A DNA stretch of 64,000 bases from an uncultured virus (IMG/VR IMGVR_UViG_3300042484_003076) (Duplodnaviria; Heunggongvirae; Uroviricota; Caudoviricetes): the IMG/VR virus record IMGVR_UViG_3300042484_003076. One strand, given 5' to 3'. Positions 59,339 through 64,000 of this stretch are shown here, piece by piece. Each line of letters begins with the position of its first letter. Positions within the stretch are counted from its first letter, which is position 1. A model generated the notes under the pieces. That model was not told the origin of the DNA. It was given only the letters and a program-made list of their open reading frames with translations, and made no database searches. A program made the translations under genes and the position numbers.

Positions 59339-59653
59339 TCAACTCTTGCCCTGCTCTAATTTCCGTTCAACCTTTGCAACGACTTGCCTGATGTTCTCAG
59401 GATCGCGCCCTAGCTTTTCGGCTGTTGCGATGACCTTGCGATCGCACTCGATCCAAGTTGTGTATATCTCCCATTGCAAGGGAGTAATCCCAAAATGCTT
59501 AAGCACAATTGCTTGGATTGACTGCGATGCGTTGTCACCAATAGCGGCGATCGCATCTCCTAAGATTGGGCTAAAACAGTAGGAATATGTCTTAGCCTTT
59601 ATTTCGGGCGGTTTCTTAGGTCTACCGCCTCCATGGTTGCCTCCTCTAGGCAT
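59339..59653 (-). CDS. Putative regulator (AT-hook-like GGRPKK and C-terminal HTH)
   Basis: GGNHGGGRPKK; ATAEKLGRDPENIRQVVAKV. Confidence 0.6.
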   Translation of the reverse strand: MPRGGNHGGGRPKKPPEIKAKTYSYCFSPILGDAIAAIGDNASQSIQAIVLKHFGITPLQWEIYTTWIECDRKVIATAEKLGRDPENIRQVVAKVERKLEQGKS

Positions 59654-60320
59654 CTACTTTCCAATCGTAATCAAATTCAGCGTAAGCTTCATTAAATCCT
59701 CTAACAGTTGGATAAAATTCATCCCCTGTTAGAGGATTCAAAACGATGGCAGATCCATCAGACATAAAATGAACTGTCAATGGGATATTGCCATCCGATG
59801 GATAGTGATCAGCGATCCACACTTCTTGGATAGTAACCCTTTCCTTTAAAAACTCCCATTCATAAGCTGACAAGGCATCATCTGTGCCTATTTTTAGAAG
59901 CACTTCAATATTAAAGCGCTCCCTGATCAGAGGGGTTTCCTCTATCCCCTCAATGTATGTCTCGTCAACCCAGTCAGACGAGGCGGGATCTAGCTTGTTG
60001 TTTCCGAACTCGTCTTTCCAGCATTTAACAGTTGTGGAGATTGCTTTTTCCAAGAGTTGACTCAGTGTAGCGTCAACTCCCGAAAGAATTGGAGCTACAT
60101 GAAAGGACAATTCCATGCAGCTTTCTTGCCAATCTTCAAACGCTTCGACGGGCTCAATCCCGTGATCCTCTAACAAAGCAAGGAGTTGATATACCCCCTC
60201 CTCGTTGATAGTACAGGGAATATTGGAGATCTTCAGACCATCCTCATCAACAAAAATATCTGTTGATACAAACCCTTCGTGGTCTTCGCCGCATTTAAGA
60301 TCAAGATTACCTAGTAGCAT
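59646..60320 (-). CDS. Highly acidic hypothetical protein, first gene of cassette
   Basis: 224 aa, D/E-rich, directly after promoter 60331-60393. Confidence 0.65.
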   Translation of the reverse strand: MLLGNLDLKCGEDHEGFVSTDIFVDEDGLKISNIPCTINEEGVYQLLALLEDHGIEPVEAFEDWQESCMELSFHVAPILSGVDATLSQLLEKAISTTVKCWKDEFGNNKLDPASSDWVDETYIEGIEETPLIRERFNIEVLLKIGTDDALSAYEWEFLKERVTIQEVWIADHYPSDGNIPLTVHFMSDGSAIVLNPLTGDEFYPTVRGFNEAYAEFDYDWKVDA

Positions 60321-60330
60321 TGCTTTGTTC

Positions 60331-60393
60331 CTTTGTTTAACTCAATAACCTATTATTGATCGACCTATAGGTTTTGTCAATAGCAAAACCAAA
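60331..60393 (-). promoter_or_regulatory. Promoter, inverted copy of 32495-32558
   Basis: Direct sequence comparison. Confidence 0.85.
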
Positions 60394-60497
60394 CTATTTT
60401 TATAGACACAAAAAAAAGCCGTCGCGAGTGCAACGACTGGGGGATGCGAAGTAGTCACTCTATTTTAAGCGATCGCTCCGCCGAGTGATTTTGTTAT

Positions 60498-61079
60498 TTA
60501 TTCAAAAAACCCGCATCCTAGATGTTTGCGACCTCCCAACCCTTTCTCTTGTAATATTAAAGACTCGTTAGAGCGCAAATCTGAAAACATTACAGGGTAT
60601 ACAGCACACGGTTGCTTTTTAATAATTAGCTGCTCCTTGCGCCCTATTGTTGGCAGTGTATTAATATCAAACTTTGCTAGTTGCTTACCTAGCGACACCG
60701 CAAACCTAGTAAGATCGGGTTCACGATTGTTGTCGGTTTTAATTGATACCCAAGCCGCTAGATTCTCTTGAGATTTTAGCTCTGTGCCATTAACCAGCTT
60801 GAGTTTAATCAACTCTTTGCCTAAATGGATTTGACAATCAAAAAGCATCGTTAGCTCTGTAATTAAATCTTTGGAGCAACGTAGCTTTATGGTGTTTTGA
60901 GTTAAACGTAATGTGCGATCGTCAAAAATATTTGTGTTACTGATTCTACCGATCGCCCACTCAGGGTTATCTTTGAGCTTAGGAGCTAATCCCGTCAAGG
61001 CAGAATAGAGACAGTAATGGTAGTTTCTAGGGATTAAAGAGCCTTCAATACTGAAAAGAAATTCTACGAAGTTACTCAC
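60498..61079 (-). CDS. cas6: Cas6 family endoribonuclease
   Basis: N-terminal F.I.G..IP.NYHY.LYSAL and C-terminal S..LQEKGLGGRKHLGCGFF G-rich loop. Confidence 0.88.
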   Translation of the reverse strand: MSNFVEFLFSIEGSLIPRNYHYCLYSALTGLAPKLKDNPEWAIGRISNTNIFDDRTLRLTQNTIKLRCSKDLITELTMLFDCQIHLGKELIKLKLVNGTELKSQENLAAWVSIKTDNNREPDLTRFAVSLGKQLAKFDINTLPTIGRKEQLIIKKQPCAVYPVMFSDLRSNESLILQEKGLGGRKHLGCGFFE

Positions 61080-61128
61080 GTTCTTTTATTCCTTTGGTAT
61101 TTGTGTATTTCTTCAATTCCGCATGACT

Positions 61129-61157
61129 TTCTTAGATCGTTCTTAGATCGTTCTTAG
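61129..61157. repeat. 11-bp tandem repeat (TTCTTAGATCG, about 2.6 copies) upstream of cas6
   Basis: Direct reading. Confidence 0.85.
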
Positions 61158-61369
61158 GGATATCTCATGTATCGGCGCACAAAAAAGCCGTTGCCACTGT
61201 GACGGTTTTTGATAATGGTAAAATAATAGACTAGCCGAAGAATTTAAGCGTAACGATTAAATACTAAATAAGCGTCGCCTACCTTTGTTGGAGAGAAGCA
61301 GACAGGCGATCGCGAAGTGTGTTGTAAAGAAAAGCTTCTCCGCTTTATTTTAGCACTGCCAAAAGGATA

Positions 61370-61435
61370 GCTAGCATCTTTAAGGACTAATGCTTCAAAA
61401 CCGTTAGGGGCGGCGCAAAGGTAGCAGTTATTCAT
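61370..61435 (-). pseudogene. csf1: csf1 N-terminal remnant
   Basis: MNNCYLCAAPNGFEALVLKD; 27 bp identical to 33095-33121; unrelated sequence follows. Confidence 0.8.
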
Positions 61436-61787
61436 TGATAATCACCAATCTTTTCTCACTATCTACGGGTTGATGTTTGTTGGCAACGGATAGCAAAAAA
61501 AGCCCGTCATTTCCAGCCCTTACCCTGTGAGGTTGCGAACCGTCTATAAAGTAGCAGGTTCCCTTGACGATTGGTTCGGTTTCAGCGCCGCAATCAATCC
61601 ATCCAGACCCCTCTACTCCAAACAAAATATGATCACCCTCATGGGTATGAAGAGAAGTTTTTTCATTAGGTGCAAAATTCAACATATCAGCAGCAAAGCC
61701 GTCTTTTTTTACCAGTGGCAATCCGACAGCTTGACTGCCATACATCTGATACCAGTAATCAGCATCTAAATAATTTTTAATTTGCAT
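61428..61787 (-). CDS. Cupin-domain protein within csf operon
   Basis: HTHEGDH....EG.G and PH.V.AG cupin metal-binding motifs. Confidence 0.85.
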   Translation of the reverse strand: MQIKNYLDADYWYQMYGSQAVGLPLVKKDGFAADMLNFAPNEKTSLHTHEGDHILFGVEGSGWIDCGAETEPIVKGTCYFIDGSQPHRVRAGNDGLFLLSVANKHQPVDSEKRLVIINE

Positions 61788-62445
61788 ACAATAATCCTTT
61801 TAGGTATTCAAAATATTCTGGCGAAATCTTGCGAAACTCTTCTAATCTTGTAGCTTGATATTGATTGTTAGTATTTTTGCTGACATGATCTGTAGTTCGT
61901 TTTGCGCCTAAATCATAGGCTTTTAGGTATGGCAATTCATGAAAAAAGGTATAAGCCCAAATATCGTTTTCACTCCAATTAAAAACAGGGCAAGCGCGAT
62001 AATCTCCTTTTTTATATTGATAGATAGCACCATTTTTTAGCAAGGTTGCTTTACGTTTTGCGCTTTCTTCTATCCGCAATCCAACAAAAGCGACAGGATA
62101 ATCAATCCATAATTTTTGTGACTTAACTTTGTTAGGGACATGATCGCCTTGCATCAAAATAGTTTGAATGTTTAGCCCAAATTTGTCCTGATATTTTGAT
62201 TCTGTTTCAGCATAATTACTAATCATTTCTCTTTCATAATGTCCAAAAGAAATAGCCAAAATATTAGGACAAATCGACTGCACCAAATGAAGCATTACGA
62301 CTGAATCTTTACCCCATGACACCGCAACATAAGAAGGAGCGATCGCTAAAGCCTCTCGAATAATCTCTTTAGCTTTCTCAACTTTGCGCTTAAATGTTGG
62401 CAGTGTCGCATGAGCTAAAAATGCATCGCGTTCTATTCCCTCCAT
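61777..62445 (-). CDS. CysH-like (PAPS reductase family) protein of type IV-B loci
   Basis: VAVSWGKDSVVM, FVGLRIEES..R, CPVFNWS..DIWAY. Confidence 0.88.
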   Translation of the reverse strand: MEGIERDAFLAHATLPTFKRKVEKAKEIIREALAIAPSYVAVSWGKDSVVMLHLVQSICPNILAISFGHYEREMISNYAETESKYQDKFGLNIQTILMQGDHVPNKVKSQKLWIDYPVAFVGLRIEESAKRKATLLKNGAIYQYKKGDYRACPVFNWSENDIWAYTFFHELPYLKAYDLGAKRTTDHVSKNTNNQYQATRLEEFRKISPEYFEYLKGLLYAN

Positions 62446-63119
62446 ACGTTATCCGTTGGCATATAGCACATAGATTTATTCGCCGCTAACCATGTAGGAG
62501 GTCTCCACCCCCAGTTCATCATATTGATAGATTGAGGCTGTGGAATCATATTAATTGGCATTGGTCGGGCTAAACTTTCACCTCTCCACAAATGCCAATC
62601 ATGTTCAAAAGGAAGTACTTCCCATTTGTGTACCTGTCCGCAACCTTGCGATCGCTTCTTGCCAAGGTTCGTAACATTTAGAATTAGTTCGCTAATCTTG
62701 TCAGCATTGCCAATCGCAAACCAGTGTATAGTCTGCATTTCGCGATCATATCGTGGTAAATCATAGGCTTTAAAATGCCCTTGCGAACTATCAACCTTAG
62801 CTTTCTTTTTACCCCAATCAAGGTGTAGTTCTTGCTTGTCCCATCGCTTACGGTAACGCTGAGTTTGTTGATGATTTTCGATGTAATGTGGTGAACTCAC
62901 GGCCCAATACCACTCGCCTTTAAGCGTCTTCCGAGCGATCGGCATTTCATCAAAAATCAAGGGCAGATTCTTTTCAGCATCCGCAGCCGTTGGATTAGGC
63001 GTGATTAGCCCTAATTGGTCTAACAATTGATACTCAATCAGAGCATCGAAGCTAGGGGACCAGTCATCATAGGCAACTAGCGGCGTTGCCATGTGTGCGA
63101 TTATTTGGAGGTTATCCAT
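62433..63119 (-). CDS. csf3: Type IV CRISPR-associated Csf3 (Cas5 group)
   Basis: L.I.AHMATP, FDALI, G.FKAY.LP, WFAIG, LGKKRSQGCGQV..WEV, RPMP, RPP.W. Confidence 0.85.
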   Translation of the reverse strand: MDNLQIIAHMATPLVAYDDWSPSFDALIEYQLLDQLGLITPNPTAADAEKNLPLIFDEMPIARKTLKGEWYWAVSSPHYIENHQQTQRYRKRWDKQELHLDWGKKKAKVDSSQGHFKAYDLPRYDREMQTIHWFAIGNADKISELILNVTNLGKKRSQGCGQVHKWEVLPFEHDWHLWRGESLARPMPINMIPQPQSINMMNWGWRPPTWLAANKSMCYMPTDNVWRE

Positions 63120-64000
63120 TCAATAAACTCCGAATATCGCTCTTAGAATCAGCTAGAAAGCCTTTGTAATCTTCGAGATATTCTTTATACCTTGCGTGAG
63201 ATTCAGTAGCGCGATCGCTTAATTTCTGAGCATGAGGTGTAATCGTCATAAACTCACCGCGATCGCCCTCCGCAGTCTCAAACCAGAATTGCATAGAACA
63301 TAGTCCGCAACCCGTTCCTGATTGACCGCCTAAGTATGGCGATTCAGCGAACTTGAGTAATGCATCTGCAATAAATCCTTCTTCGATTCTGGTGACGTTT
63401 GCGCTCCAATAAGAGTACAAAGTAGCACCTGTTTGGAGTAGCCAATTACCCATAATCATCTGTTGGCTTTTCTCTTTTTCGGGCTTTGCTTTTTCGCTTT
63501 TACCTTTCTTGGTTTCAGGCTCCGAAACTATACCAAATAGATCGCATTGAGAAATCATCTTTTGAGGTTCTGGAGTAGCGCCGATCAAATGTTTTGCAAA
63601 GTTAGGATCGTGAAGTGAATCGCGCCTTGTCTTTTGGCTATAGGTAAGCCAATCGGAATAATATCGAAGCTTCTCACCTAAGAATGGCATCCATTCATCA
63701 AGCAAAGCCTTGAGATCGTAATTGCTAACATCCAAAGGAGAACCATGATGTAGCCATTGATTCACTCGTTGACTATGCTGTAAGTCTTTGCCATCAATAA
63801 TCTGCTCCAGTGCTGGTATGACTTCGATTGGCAACGCAGGGGGGAACATCTGATAAAGATACTTAGCGCTTTCTACACAAGCCAAATAAGCATCACCAAC
63901 AGCGATTCGACCGTGCACCATTTGAGCATCGGATACACCAAACAATCCTTTAGGTTTGGCAGTTCCTAACACTGAAAGGCATGGCAAAAGTTGCCTAATC
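63112..64000 (-). CDS. csf2: Type IV CRISPR-associated Csf2 (Cas7 group), 5' end outside window
   Basis: P.LSVLG, GRI.VG.A...C.E, TRRD, SQQMI......G, LGGQSGTGCG; frame open to the window edge. Confidence 0.85.
   Translation of the reverse strand, partial: IRQLLPCLSVLGTAKPKGLFGVSDAQMVHGRIAVGDAYLACVESAKYLYQMFPPALPIEVIPALEQIIDGKDLQHSQRVNQWLHHGSPLDVSNYDLKALLDEWMPFLGEKLRYYSDWLTYSQKTRRDSLHDPNFAKHLIGATPEPQKMISQCDLFGIVSEPETKKGKSEKAKPEKEKSQQMIMGNWLLQTGATLYSYWSANVTRIEEGFIADALLKFAESPYLGGQSGTGCGLCSMQFWFETAEGDRGEFMTITPHAQKLSDRATESHARYKEYLEDYKGFLADSKSDIRSLLNG

Overview
The window is most of the genome of a cyanobacterial tailed phage or prophage (siphovirus-like). The HIP1 octamer GCGATCGC is very frequent, which points to a cyanobacterial host and a long-resident, temperate lifestyle. 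I saw no integrase or clear endolysin in the window. Recognisable genes: terminase small and large subunits, portal, scaffold, major capsid, head/fibre genes, major tail protein, tail chaperones with an intact GGGAAAG -1 frameshift, tape measure protein, primase-helicase with an adjacent iteron-like origin, two adenine methyltransferases, two HNH endonucleases and an NblA-like gene. Virion genes are scattered over both strands and interleaved with short cassettes driven by TTGACA promoters; these carry small unknown ORFs and often end in a small Zn-finger or HTH gene, resembling acr-aca operons. Main highlights: (1) a phage-borne type IV-B-like CRISPR effector operon (csf2-csf3-cysH-like-cupin-csf1 remnant, then cas6) with no visible array, whose intact csf1 lies 28 kb away in inverted orientation; (2) a stand-alone promoter / 3x51-nt pseudoknot repeat / terminator unit that looks like an orphan type III antitoxin RNA; (3) two tRNA-shaped RNAs with aberrant anticodon arms. 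All family assignments are from motif recognition by eye, not database searches.
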